A stretch of DNA of 64,000 bases from Vulcanimicrobiota bacterium. GTDB taxonomy: Bacteria; Vulcanimicrobiota; Vulcanimicrobiia; Vulcanimicrobiales; Vulcanimicrobiaceae. The DNA lies in assembly GCA_963752765.1 (NCBI GenBank), contig CAVVZD010000003.1, positions 220,040-284,039 of the forward strand. The letters are read 5' to 3'. Below the pieces are notes generated by a model. The model was not told where the DNA came from. It saw only the letters and a program-made list of their open reading frames with translations, and ran no database searches. Positions 35,794 to 45,113 of the stretch are shown piece after piece. The stretch's first letter is position 1. Every line of letters starts with the position of its first letter. A program made the position numbers and the translations under genes.

Positions 35794-36785
35794 GTCAGCC
35801 TCATTGCGTGTTTCACGTCGGTGAGAACGGCCGCTGCGACCTCACGCGCCCGCGCCGTACCCTCTTCGATGATGCGCTCGATCTGGGATGGATCGTTACG
35901 ATAAGCCGCGTACCGGCGGCGCACGGGTCGAAGATACTCGTTGAGTTGCTCGGCAAAGTCTCCCTTGTCCTGTACGCACCCCAATGCACCCGAGCGGCAG
36001 CCGGCAGCCACTGCGTCCAAGCGCAACGGGTTGACGAACCTCCAGAGCGCGAAGAGCGGACAAATTTCCGGGCGGCCCGGGTCGCCGCGCCGGATCTTCT
36101 GGGGGTCGGTTACCATCGAGCGCACTTTCTGCGCCGTCGTTTCTTCGTCGTCGCTAATGAGGATGGCGTTGTCGTAGGATTTGCTCATCTTGCGCCCGTC
36201 AGTGCCGGGAACGTCCGGAAACTCCGAAAGGATCGCTTGCGGTTCCATCAGGATTTGACGGCCCTCGCCGTAGAGGTGGTTGAAACGGCGTACGACCTCG
36301 CGACCGAACTCGAGATGGGCTTGCTGATCGCGGCCGACCGGAACGAACTCGCCGCGCACGATTGCAACGTCACAGAGTTGCAGCAACGGATACCCCAAAA
36401 AGCCATATGTTGCAATCTCTTGTCCTAGCGCTTCGATTTGGCCCTTGTAACTGGGAACCCGTTCGAGCCACGACAGCGGCGTGATCATCGAGAGGATCAC
36501 CTGCAGTTCGGAAATTTCCGGGACGCCCGACTGTAAGTAGATCGTCGCTTTCGTGGGGTCGACGCCGGCTGCTAACCATACCGCCACCATTTCGTTGCGT
36601 GCATCGCGAATCGTCGCCGGGTCGTCGAACTCGGTGGTGTATGCATGCAAGTCGGCGATCTCGAAATAGGCGTCGGCGGTGTCGCAGTAGTTTGCCCAAA
36701 GCGTCAGCACGCCGACGAGATGACCGAGATGTAAATCGCCGGTCGGGCGCATGCCCGACATGACGCGTGGTCGCGGCGTACTCAA
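35790..36785 (-). CDS. trpS: tryptophan--tRNA ligase
   Basis: Class I HIGH-type motif (PTGDLHLGH) and KMSKS (GRKMSKSYDN). 331 aa. Confidence 0.95.
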   Translation of the reverse strand: MSTPRPRVMSGMRPTGDLHLGHLVGVLTLWANYCDTADAYFEIADLHAYTTEFDDPATIRDARNEMVAVWLAAGVDPTKATIYLQSGVPEISELQVILSMITPLSWLERVPSYKGQIEALGQEIATYGFLGYPLLQLCDVAIVRGEFVPVGRDQQAHLEFGREVVRRFNHLYGEGRQILMEPQAILSEFPDVPGTDGRKMSKSYDNAILISDDEETTAQKVRSMVTDPQKIRRGDPGRPEICPLFALWRFVNPLRLDAVAAGCRSGALGCVQDKGDFAEQLNEYLRPVRRRYAAYRNDPSQIERIIEEGTARAREVAAAVLTDVKHAMRLT

Positions 36786-37513
36786 TGGCGTGCAATCTCC
36801 GCGCGGACATATGCTCGCGCAACGCCAACCGCTTGGCGCAGCGGGGTGCCTACTGCCAGCTCGCAGGCGAGCGCCATCGCCAACGTGCAGCCGGTGCCGT
36901 GCATCTCTCCCGCGATCCGCGGTTCCTCGAAAAGCTCGACGCCTTGCGCGGTTGCAAGCGCATCGACGGGATCGCCGTCGAGATGGCCGCCTTTGAGCAG
37001 CACGGCTTGCGGCCCGCGAAGCTGCAACGCCTGCGCTGCCTGTTCGAGCGCATCGCGGCCGATCGGATGCGTTCCCAACAAGAATGCCGCTTCGTCGAGA
37101 TTCGGCGTGAGCACAACGTTGGGCAGCGTGGCAAGCTCGTCGCGAACCGCGTATCGCGCTGCTTCATCGCCGAGCGGGCCACCGCGGCTTGCTGCAAAGA
37201 CCGGATCGACGACGGTTGGAACCGACGGTCGCGCGCGAACGTACGCCGCCGCGGCGCGTACGTTTGAAAGCGTTGCCAGCGCGCCGATGCGAATGGCGCC
37301 GGCCGACTCCCAGGGAAGCGCCGCGAGTTGTGCTTGCACGACGTCGGTCGGAATCGGATGCAGTGCGACGACGCCGCGCGCATCTTGCGCGCTGACGGCA
37401 GCGACCGCGGTAAAGACGCGCACGCCGCGATCGGTGCCGACCACGAGATCGCGCCCGGTCCCCGCCACGTTCCACGGATGCGTCGTTCCAATCGAGATGA
37501 CGATGGAAATCAT
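36782..37513 (-). CDS. thiD: hydroxymethylpyrimidine/phosphomethylpyrimidine kinase (ThiD-like)
   Basis: VVDPVFAASRGGPL, LTPNLDEAAFL, LLKGGH and HGTGCTLAMALA motifs. 4-nt overlaps with both neighbours. Confidence 0.8.
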   Translation of the reverse strand: MISIVISIGTTHPWNVAGTGRDLVVGTDRGVRVFTAVAAVSAQDARGVVALHPIPTDVVQAQLAALPWESAGAIRIGALATLSNVRAAAAYVRARPSVPTVVDPVFAASRGGPLGDEAARYAVRDELATLPNVVLTPNLDEAAFLLGTHPIGRDALEQAAQALQLRGPQAVLLKGGHLDGDPVDALATAQGVELFEEPRIAGEMHGTGCTLAMALACELAVGTPLRQAVGVARAYVRAEIARH

Positions 37514-38145
37514 CTCCAGGCCGTCACCAGTGCGCGCGCCGCGGCCGCCGGGTCGTCGGCATCGCCGATCGCCGAAATCACCGCGGCCATCGCAACCCCA
37601 CTCTCTCGGACCACGCCGATGTTTTCCGCACGAATCCCGCCGATGGCGGCAACCGGAAGCGGGGTGGCGGACGCGACGCGCTTGAGGCCGTCGATCCCGA
37701 TCGGGGCACCCGCATCGTCTTTTGAGCTCGTTGCAAAGACCGAGCCGACGCCGAGGTAATCTGCACCGGCCGCATCGGCCGCACGGGCCTCGGCCGCGGT
37801 TGCGCAGGAGAGCCCGATCAAGCGATCGCCGATAGCCGCGCGCACGCGCGGCAGGTCGTCGTAGCCGGCATCCTCCGGTCCGAGGTGCACGCCGTCACAG
37901 TCAAATGCCGCCGCCGCTTCGACGTCGTCATTCATCACGAGCAAAGCCTCGTACTCATGCGTAATCCTGCGCAATTCGTTCAGCCTGCCCGCATGCAGAT
38001 TGCGCTTGGCACGGCATTGTACGATGCGGACGCCAGCCTCCAGCGCAGCGCGCGCGAGCGATAACGCCGTCGGTGCGTCGTTGACGATGAGGTAAATCCC
38101 GTGCAGACGAATTGCGCGGGCGGCACGCGTTAACGACGCTGCCAA
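37510..38145 (-). CDS. thiE: thiamine-phosphate synthase
   Basis: LHGIYLIVND...VRIVQCRAK...GADYLGVGSVFATSSK...AIGGI. The start is assigned to in-frame TTG 38145, because the longer ORF-track N-terminus is R/C-rich and runs into parB. Confidence 0.8.
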   Translation of the reverse strand: MAASLTRAARAIRLHGIYLIVNDAPTALSLARAALEAGVRIVQCRAKRNLHAGRLNELRRITHEYEALLVMNDDVEAAAAFDCDGVHLGPEDAGYDDLPRVRAAIGDRLIGLSCATAAEARAADAAGADYLGVGSVFATSSKDDAGAPIGIDGLKRVASATPLPVAAIGGIRAENIGVVRESGVAMAAVISAIGDADDPAAAARALVTAWR

Positions 38146-38299
38146 ATCAGCACGTTGGCGGCAACGTAGCACGCGTACACAACAGCGACGCCCCCAGCGA
38201 TCCAGGCGTGGTGGTGTGCGACCGCCAGCGGTACCAGCAAGCCGAAGCAAACGACGCCCGCCATGAGCACAGTTGCGGCACGGGTGAGCGACAGCGCGC

Positions 38300-39172
38300 T
38301 CACGTTCTCTCCTCTTCACCCAGCAACAAGTCGCCGAGCCTCATCAGCTCCTCGTCGTTGTTGAAGCGGAACTCGATCCGTCCGCCCCGGCCGCCGCGCA
38401 CGAGTGCGACGTGGGTACCGAAACGCTGGCGCAACCGGGATTCGAAGTCGTGTTCGTCGGCTGAAAGCATGCGCAGTTTCGGCGCGGTTTTTTCAGCTTG
38501 AACCGTCGTGACCGCGCCCGCCAGGCGCTCCAGCACGCGAACGGTCAACCCCTCGTTGACGGCGCGCTGCGCTAGCCGCAAGCGATCGTGCTCGCGTGCC
38601 GCGAGCAAGGCCTTTCCGTGTCCCGCGGAGAGGCGGCCATCGACGAGCATTGCTTTCACCGCGTCCGGCAAGCCTAACAGGCGCAACGTGTTCGCAACCG
38701 TCGGCCGGCTTTTCGCAAGACGCGCCGAGAGCTCATCTTGCGTAAATCCAAACTCGTCGATGAGATGTTGAAAACCGGCCGCTTCTTCGATCGGATTGAG
38801 GTTTTCGCGCTGTAAGTTTTCGATGATCGCCACTTCGAGCGTTTCGCGATCGTCGCTGCCGCGCACGATTGCCGGAATCGTGTGCTTGCGCAGCAGCGCG
38901 CACGCGCGCCAGCGCCGCTCGCCGGCGATGAGCTCGTACCCCTCGCCGCGGCGACGGACGATAATCGGCACGAGCACGCCGTACGCGGCGATCGAGTTCT
39001 TCAGTTCCTCAAGCGTTGCGGCATCGAAGCGCTTGCGCGGCTGAAACGGATTTGGCGTAATGCGATCGATCGGAATCTCGTACAGCGTCTCTTGGGCGGC
39101 CGACGTTGGCACAGCCGTGTCGCCGAGGAGCGCGCCGAGGCCGCGGCCCAACCCGCGTTTGGGTGCGCTCAT
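38300..39172 (-). CDS. parB: chromosome partitioning protein ParB/Spo0J
   Basis: ParB-box GERRWRA, NPFQPR, and an HTH region. 4-nt overlap with parA. Confidence 0.93.
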   Translation of the reverse strand: MSAPKRGLGRGLGALLGDTAVPTSAAQETLYEIPIDRITPNPFQPRKRFDAATLEELKNSIAAYGVLVPIIVRRRGEGYELIAGERRWRACALLRKHTIPAIVRGSDDRETLEVAIIENLQRENLNPIEEAAGFQHLIDEFGFTQDELSARLAKSRPTVANTLRLLGLPDAVKAMLVDGRLSAGHGKALLAAREHDRLRLAQRAVNEGLTVRVLERLAGAVTTVQAEKTAPKLRMLSADEHDFESRLRQRFGTHVALVRGGRGGRIEFRFNNDEELMRLGDLLLGEEERT

Positions 39173-39942
39173 ACGCGAACCTCTTCGCGCTCGAGCATCT
39201 CGCGGGCCAGGGCAAGATAGGCTTGCGCGCCGCGGCTCTTTGGATCGAAGAGGATGACCGGTTTGCCGAACGAGGGCGCTTCGGAGAGCCGCACGTTGCG
39301 CGGAATTTGCGTCTTGAACATCTGCTCGCGAAAAAACTTTTCGAGTTCGCCGAGAACGTCCATCGCGAGGCGCGTTCGTCCGTCGAACATCGTCACGAGC
39401 ACGCCGGTGACGCGCAGCGGCGGATTGAGCGCTTCGCGAATGCGCTGCACGACCGCGGTCAGCTGTGAGAGGCCTTCGAGCGCGTAGTACTCAGCTTGCA
39501 CCGGAATGATGCACTCGTCGGCGGCGCTGAGCGCATTAATCGTCAACAGCCCCAACGACGGCGGGCAGTCGATAAAGATAAAATCGTACTGGCTTCTCAC
39601 CGGCGCCAGCGCGCGGCGCAACCGCGTTTCCCGCGAGAGCGCGGAGACGAGCTCGATCTCCGCACCGGCGAGATTGATTGTCGCCGGAACAAGCGCTAGG
39701 CCGTCCACGCCGGTCGGAACGACGGTTTCTTCGATTGGCGTTTGGCCGAGCAACACGTCGTAGACGTCGCGATCGAGCTCGGCTTTGGCGATGCCAAAAC
39801 CCGTCGTCGCATTGCCTTGCGGGTCGGCATCGACGACAAGCACGCGTCTGCCCGAAATCGCAAGGGCTGCGCCAAGATTGACGGCGGTCGTGCTCTTACC
39901 GACGCCGCCTTTTTGATTGACGAGTGCGATCGTACGCGCCAG
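39169..39942 (-). CDS. parA: chromosome partitioning ATPase ParA/Soj (start assigned to CTG 39942)
   Basis: The deviant Walker A, TIALVNQKGGVGKSTTAVNLG, is encoded upstream of the first canonical start (GTG 39843). No ATG/GTG/TTG lies between the in-frame TGA (39964-39966) and 39843. GGGAGA (39949-39954) sits 6 nt before the CTG. Confidence 0.85.
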   Translation of the reverse strand: MARTIALVNQKGGVGKSTTAVNLGAALAISGRRVLVVDADPQGNATTGFGIAKAELDRDVYDVLLGQTPIEETVVPTGVDGLALVPATINLAGAEIELVSALSRETRLRRALAPVRSQYDFIFIDCPPSLGLLTINALSAADECIIPVQAEYYALEGLSQLTAVVQRIREALNPPLRVTGVLVTMFDGRTRLAMDVLGELEKFFREQMFKTQIPRNVRLSEAPSFGKPVILFDPKSRGAQAYLALAREMLEREEVRV

Positions 39943-39963
39943 GACTATTCTCCCAAATCGAAT

Positions 39964-41358
39964 TCACGCACTCGCGTCACGCGTTTGCGCGTCGAGATAC
40001 CGGCTGAGAAGTCGGAGAAGCGAAGTGCGCTCGTTACGCTCGGGTTGGTCCGTAACCTGCTCGAATAACCAGCGCAACGCAGCGCCAACGCGTTCGTCGC
40101 CGCGAAATCCGGACGGGGCTTCACCCCGGCGTACGAGTTCCGTGATGACGTCCTCGCCGTTCACGCAGAGGTCGGCAAGCGAGAACGGCGGCTTGCGAGC
40201 AATCTCTTCGCGTACGCGTTGCGCAAAACGCTCGTTTTTGTCCCCGCGACGGGGCAAGCCTGACCCAACAACGTCCGCTTCGCGTAAAGCGAACAAGTGT
40301 TCGATATTATTTAAGCCAATCCTCCGCACGAAACGACGGACCGTGGCGTCTTTCATCTTCGGATCGGAAACGAACATATGCTGGCGCACCAAGTGCGTGG
40401 TCGCCTCGACAACCTCGTTCGGAAAACGAAAGCGCTCGAGCATACCCTGCGTCATTTCGGCGCCTACAATCTCGTGGCGGTAGAAGTGGCCGCCTGCCTT
40501 TGTCCGTGGCTTGCCGACGTCGTGGAACAAGGCAGCCAAGCGATCGACGAGGGTCGGCGGAGCAGCGTCGAGCGTGTGGAGGCTATGCTGCCAAACATCG
40601 TAGGCATGCCACTCGTTCTGGTCAACGCCGACGCCTTCGAGTAGCTCCGGCCAGAGGTAGGGCAGGACGCCGGTTTGGTGGAGGAGCTCCAGCCCAATTG
40701 ACGGCCGGCGCGCTTTAAGAAAGAGCTTCGAAAGCTCCTCGTAGACCCGCTCGGCGGCCACCGTGGGCAAGAGTGGAGATGCGGCTTGCATCGCCGACCG
40801 CGTGTCATCGGAAAGCGAGTACTCGAACCGCGCGGCGAACTGCGCGGCCCGCAACATTCGTAACGGGTCTTCCTCGAATGCCAGCGGCGTCAGGATGTCG
40901 ATTCGGCGGGCCTCGATGTCGGCCACCCCGCCGTGCGGGTCGACAAGGTTGCCGGAGGGCAGCGCGCGGGCGAGCATATTCATCCGGAAATCGCGCCGGG
41001 CCAAGTCCTCGTCAAGCGGGATCCCGGGGCCGCTTTGCACCTCGAAGTCCCGATGGCCGACTCCCACGGAGCGCTCTCGCCGGGGCAGTGCGACGTCCAC
41101 CGTCGTGGCTTCGATGGTCAGCTTTAGGACGGCGAAAGCAGCGCCGACGATGTCGACGTGGCCCAGCGGTCGAAGTCGCTCCTGCAGATTCTCGATCGGG
41201 ACGCCGGTGACGACGTAGTCGAAGTCCTTATTCTGAAAGCCGATCCCTTCGACGACCGAGCGCACCTCGTCGCGGACCCGGCCACCCACGGCAAAAAGCG
41301 AACCAGCCGGCAACGCGGAAGCCAGCTTTTCGTCGAGAGCCAATCGACGGTACACCAC
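39964..41358 (-). CDS. cca: CCA-adding enzyme / poly(A) polymerase-family tRNA nucleotidyltransferase with HD domain
   Basis: GGRVRDE head motif, FDYVV (DxD region), and HD domain (LFHDVGKP). GTG start. Confidence 0.85.
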   Translation of the reverse strand: MVYRRLALDEKLASALPAGSLFAVGGRVRDEVRSVVEGIGFQNKDFDYVVTGVPIENLQERLRPLGHVDIVGAAFAVLKLTIEATTVDVALPRRERSVGVGHRDFEVQSGPGIPLDEDLARRDFRMNMLARALPSGNLVDPHGGVADIEARRIDILTPLAFEEDPLRMLRAAQFAARFEYSLSDDTRSAMQAASPLLPTVAAERVYEELSKLFLKARRPSIGLELLHQTGVLPYLWPELLEGVGVDQNEWHAYDVWQHSLHTLDAAPPTLVDRLAALFHDVGKPRTKAGGHFYRHEIVGAEMTQGMLERFRFPNEVVEATTHLVRQHMFVSDPKMKDATVRRFVRRIGLNNIEHLFALREADVVGSGLPRRGDKNERFAQRVREEIARKPPFSLADLCVNGEDVITELVRRGEAPSGFRGDERVGAALRWLFEQVTDQPERNERTSLLRLLSRYLDAQTRDASA

Positions 41359-41475
41359 GGTTCATACTACCGTCTTGCTTAAAAAGGGTCGAGCCTGACC
41401 GGAACTCTTGTTCCCCGTGAAACCGCGGAGGGCAATTCACGAACACACGTTCGTCGAACCGAGCTCACGCGGCGC

Positions 41476-41652
41476 TTATATGCTGGTTGCGGCGGTGCTG
41501 AGCGTATTGCTTGCAGCCTGGCCGATAAATACGACCGCCAGGATGCAAACGAGTGCGATGAGTGCGATCAAGAGCCCGTATTCGATGAGCGTAACCCCGT
41601 CCTGTTTCGGAAGCGGAGACTTGGCAAATAAGGCTTTTAACGTCTGAATCAT
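41476..41652 (-). CDS. flp: Flp/Fap family type IVb pilin (58 aa; below the ORF-track cutoff)
   Basis: Own translation: MIQTLKALFAKSPLPKQDG|VTLIEYGLLIALIALVCILAVVFIGQAASNTLSTAATSI. This is the diagnostic G/xxxxEY prepilin motif plus a hydrophobic helix. ATG 41652, TAA 41476-41478. Confidence 0.75.
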   Translation of the reverse strand: MIQTLKALFAKSPLPKQDGVTLIEYGLLIALIALVCILAVVFIGQAASNTLSTAATSI

Positions 41653-41813
41653 GTTAATGCGTGCCTCGAATAGCGAGAACGGACCGTCAGCAATGCAGAC
41701 GGTGGCGATATCGGTGGTGACAGAGTATACTCCCTTGGAAGCGCCCTAGCATTATCAATTGTTCAATTGTTCAATCGAGCGCCATGCACCAACGCGCCGG
41801 AACATAGGCGCTC

Positions 41814-42521
41814 TTAGCCGCAGAGCGGGCGTTTCTCGGGGATGCCGGTACGCCGCGGAAAGCGCAGCGGCGTTGGCCCAATCTTTCGAACGAGCACGAT
41901 CCTGCGGTCGCTCCCCATTCGCTGCTCGGCTTCGACGCGACCGCCGAGCATGACCGCCGCATCGTCGAGCGCGCTGCGCTCGGACGCTTCCATCGCTCCC
42001 CGTTGCAAGATTGCGACGCCGCCAACTGCCAAAAATGGCAGGAGCAACTCCGCGACCGTGGAGGCGGCGGCAACGCCGCGTGCAGTCCCGCTCGCAAAGC
42101 GCTCGCGCAATCGCTCCTCGCGACCAGCGATTTCGGCCCGTTGCGCGATGACCTCACCGCGCACGTCGAACGCCTCGAAAACGTGCTCGAGGAAGTGCGC
42201 TTTCTTGCGCGTCGCCTCGACGAGCGTCACCGAGACACCGGTTGCAAGTGCCACTGGGATCGCCGGCAGCCCAGCGCCGGAACCAACGTCGACGAGTGGT
42301 TCGCGGACGAACGGAACGACCGTGAGACTATCGACGAGATGCGGTACGAGTTCGTCGGGGTCTTTCGCACCGGTGAGATTGAAGCGCCGGTTCGTTTCGA
42401 GAATCAGGGTGCCGTATCGGGAGAGTGGAGCAATGAGCCGCGCCTCGACGCCGGCCGCCTCAAGGAGAAGCTGAAGCTGGTTTTTGTGGTCGTCGCCTCG
42501 CGTCGACTCATGGCGAGACAC
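41814..42521 (-). CDS. rsmG: 16S rRNA (guanine527-N7)-methyltransferase RsmG (GidB)
   Basis: SAM-binding motif VDVGSGAGLPAIPVA. Lies downstream of mnmG. Confidence 0.9.
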   Translation of the reverse strand: MSRHESTRGDDHKNQLQLLLEAAGVEARLIAPLSRYGTLILETNRRFNLTGAKDPDELVPHLVDSLTVVPFVREPLVDVGSGAGLPAIPVALATGVSVTLVEATRKKAHFLEHVFEAFDVRGEVIAQRAEIAGREERLRERFASGTARGVAAASTVAELLLPFLAVGGVAILQRGAMEASERSALDDAAVMLGGRVEAEQRMGSDRRIVLVRKIGPTPLRFPRRTGIPEKRPLCG

Positions 42522-42590
42522 TGTTGCAAGTTCCTTCGCGCCTGCGCGAAGCGCAGCCCTGAGCGAGGAGCGACGCGACGAGTCGAAGGG

Positions 42591-44480
42591 TCAGGGTGAC
42601 ACCGTCGCCTGGGCGCGGTGGACGAACAAACCGACGATTGCAACGTCGGCGGGCGTCACGCCCGGGATGCGGCTCGCGGCGCCGAGCGTGCGCGGCCGCT
42701 GGCGGTCGAGTTTCTCGCGCGCTTCGCGCGACAGCGCCGCGATCGAGTCGTAATCGAAGCGGTCGGGAATGGCGACCCGCTCCGACTTTGCCGCCTTTTC
42801 GATGGCCAGCTCTTGCCGGCGCACGTAACCCGCCGATTTTATCTCGATGCACACGCGCTCACCAATTTCGTCGTCGAGTTTCGGCACGAAATGCTTGGCG
42901 ACGTCCACGAACTGCAGTTTCGGACGGCGTAACGCATCGGCGAGCGTGCTGCCCGCATCGAATCGTTCATCGCCGATCGCGTCGGTTGTTAGGCGCGAGC
43001 GTTGCGCGCGCGCAATCGACGAGCGAAGCGCCGTGCGCCGCTCCTCGAATGCTTGCCACGCGTTGTCGCCGACGAGGCCAACCTCTCTGCCGATCGGCGT
43101 CAGCCGAAGATCGGCGTTGTCGTGGCGCAGCACGACGCGATGTTCCGCACGTGACGACAGCATCCGATACGGTTCGTCTACGCCTTTCGTCACGAGATCG
43201 TCGACGAGCACGCCGATGTAGGCATCGCTGCGGGCCAATCGCAACGGCTCTTTTCCTAACGCCGAACGCGCTGCATTCGCGCCCGCAATGAGCCCTTGTG
43301 CGGCTGCCTCTTCGTACCCAGACGTGCCGTTGAGCTGCCCGCAGTGGTAAAGACCCGCAATCCGTCGCGTTTCGAGCGTATCGTACAGTTCTGTCGGCGG
43401 GACCATATCGTATTCGACGGCGTAGCCGGCACGCAGCATGACGCACGATTCTAATCCCGGCAGCGTATGCAGCATTTGGAGTTGGATTTCCGCCGGCAGC
43501 GACGTCGAAAAACCGCCGACATAGACGGTCGGCTCCTCCCAGCCTTCGGGCTCGATGAAAATCTGATGGCTCGGGTTGTGCGCAAATTTGATGACCTTGT
43601 CTTCGATCGAAGGACAATACCGCGGCCCGATGCCGCGAATGAGGTCAAGGCCGTAGAGCGGCGAGTGCTGCAAGTTGTTGCGCACCAGCGCATGCGTGCG
43701 GTCGTTGGTGTCGGTGACGTAACAGGGAAGCTGCGGACCGGCGAAGCGGCGTTCGCTCGTGTATGAAAAGAGTAACGGCGACAAGCTTGGGGGCTGCACG
43801 AGCATCGCATCGTAATCGATGCTGCGCTTGTCGATGCGCGGGGGCGTTCCGGTTTTGAGGCGTTTCGTGGGAAAGCCGAGACGGCGCAACGTGTGAGAAA
43901 GACCGATCGCCGGCGCCTCACCAAAGCGCCCTTCATCGGCAACGATGCTCCCGCGAAACGTCTTGCCGCCGAGGAACGTCCCGGTCGCCAGCACGACGCG
44001 AGCGGCCGAACAGCGCTCGCCGCCGGCGCAGATGACGCCGCGTACCGACCCGTGCTCGACGACGAGGTCCTCGACGATACCCTGAACGATCGCGAGATTC
44101 GGCTGTACGCGCAGTTCCGCAAGCGCATGACGGGCGTACGCCGGCTTGTCCATTTGCTGGCGCAGCGCACGAACCGCGGGGCCCTTGCTTTCGTTCAGGA
44201 ACCGCGCGTGCAGGCTCGACCGGTCGGCGATCCGGCCCATGGCGCCGCCTAAGGCGTCGACCTCGCGAACCAGCTGCCCCTTGGCGCTGCCGCCAATCGA
44301 CGGATTGCAGGGCAGCGTGCAGATCTTCTCTGGATCGCCGGTCACGAGGAGGGTCGGCACCCCGAGTCGCGCGGACGCTAGAGCGGCTTCAACGCCGGCG
44401 TGTCCTCCGCCGACGATGATGACGGCTGCATCGTCGCTCGGTTTTGCGCTCGGGGTATGCGGCCCTCGCTTGTTTTTCAG
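42591..44480 (-). CDS. mnmG: tRNA uridine 5-carboxymethylaminomethyl modification enzyme MnmG (GidA); 5' end uncertain (CTG 44480 or ATT 44486)
   Basis: The FAD motif [24 protein letters not shown] is encoded at about 44360-44435, upstream of the first canonical start (GTG 44360). The in-frame stop is at 44514-44516. The rest is typical GidA ([15 protein letters not shown]). Confidence 0.9.
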   Translation of the reverse strand: MKNKRGPHTPSAKPSDDAAVIIVGGGHAGVEAALASARLGVPTLLVTGDPEKICTLPCNPSIGGSAKGQLVREVDALGGAMGRIADRSSLHARFLNESKGPAVRALRQQMDKPAYARHALAELRVQPNLAIVQGIVEDLVVEHGSVRGVICAGGERCSAARVVLATGTFLGGKTFRGSIVADEGRFGEAPAIGLSHTLRRLGFPTKRLKTGTPPRIDKRSIDYDAMLVQPPSLSPLLFSYTSERRFAGPQLPCYVTDTNDRTHALVRNNLQHSPLYGLDLIRGIGPRYCPSIEDKVIKFAHNPSHQIFIEPEGWEEPTVYVGGFSTSLPAEIQLQMLHTLPGLESCVMLRAGYAVEYDMVPPTELYDTLETRRIAGLYHCGQLNGTSGYEEAAAQGLIAGANAARSALGKEPLRLARSDAYIGVLVDDLVTKGVDEPYRMLSSRAEHRVVLRHDNADLRLTPIGREVGLVGDNAWQAFEERRTALRSSIARAQRSRLTTDAIGDERFDAGSTLADALRRPKLQFVDVAKHFVPKLDDEIGERVCIEIKSAGYVRRQELAIEKAAKSERVAIPDRFDYDSIAALSREAREKLDRQRPRTLGAASRIPGVTPADVAIVGLFVHRAQATVSP

Positions 44481-44551
44481 GTTAATCGCTCGGGCCGCAT
44501 ACCCACCCGCTCCTCAACCGCATGGGTTAGTTACCCATTCGCTTCCTGGGC

Positions 44552-45109
44552 TTATGGTGCGGCGGGGAGGGTGCCGGTGTGGTGGTCGCGGAGGCGGAGT
44601 GAGAGTGCGATCATGGTGATGCCGAAGATGATTGCGTAGACGCCGATGAGCCAGATGACCGTTAGGGCGCCGAGCAATGGGCGCCAAATCATCAAGATGC
44701 TAAAGAGTATCGAGGCGATGCCGCCGATGATGAGCCAGAATTCGCCGGCAATCGCTTTTCGAAGTTCGATGGCCGCTACGATTTCGAGAATGCCGGTGAT
44801 GAATGCCCAAGCTGCGATGGTGATGTACAGCGCAAAGAGCGTGATCGCTACGTCGTAGAACGTGATCGCGGCGATCAATAGGCCGACGATGCCTTCGATG
44901 ATGAACGGCCACGAGCGCTGGTGCGCTTGCGCAGCCCGGATGGCTGCGACGATTGCGAAGATACCGTCGACGAAAGCGTATGCGCCGAACAGAATTCCGA
45001 TCGCGAGGATCGTTGCGCCCGGCCACATAAACGCCAGAACGCCGAAGATGATGGCGGCGATGCCACGAATGAGCAGCGCCCACCAGTTGCGCGCAAGAAC
45101 GGTAACCAC
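44552..45109 (-). CDS. HdeD/DUF308-family membrane protein
   Basis: WWALLIRGIAAIIFGVLAFMWPGATILAIGILFGAYAFVDGIFAIV repeats. The start is trimmed to GTG 45109 to avoid an 80-nt overlap with the upstream ORF. Confidence 0.75.
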   Translation of the reverse strand: MVTVLARNWWALLIRGIAAIIFGVLAFMWPGATILAIGILFGAYAFVDGIFAIVAAIRAAQAHQRSWPFIIEGIVGLLIAAITFYDVAITLFALYITIAAWAFITGILEIVAAIELRKAIAGEFWLIIGGIASILFSILMIWRPLLGALTVIWLIGVYAIIFGITMIALSLRLRDHHTGTLPAAP

Positions 45110-45113
45110 GGCG

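Noticed and set aside
36846-37685. 279-aa plus-strand ORF antisense to thiD/thiE
   Set aside because: The composition is S/A/R/P-rich and no motifs are recognisable. The opposite strand encodes well-supported ThiD and ThiE.
38146-38299. Looked for a TPP (THI-box) riboswitch upstream of thiE/thiD
   Set aside because: I found no CTGAGA...ACCTGATCTGGATAATGCCAGCG-like core on the minus strand. The segment reads better as a small ORF or as spacer.
41409-41424. parS-like 16-mer TGTTCCCCGTGAAACC between cca and flp, and a half-site TGTTTCACGT at 35808-35817
   Set aside because: The 16-mer has three mismatches to TGTTTCACGTGAAACA with poor dyad symmetry. The half-site lacks its partner arm. Neither can be supported as ParB sites without a genome-wide motif search or ChIP.
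41408-41647. 79-aa plus-strand ORF from the track
   Set aside because: The opposite strand encodes a textbook Flp pilin across the same bases. The plus-frame product has no features.
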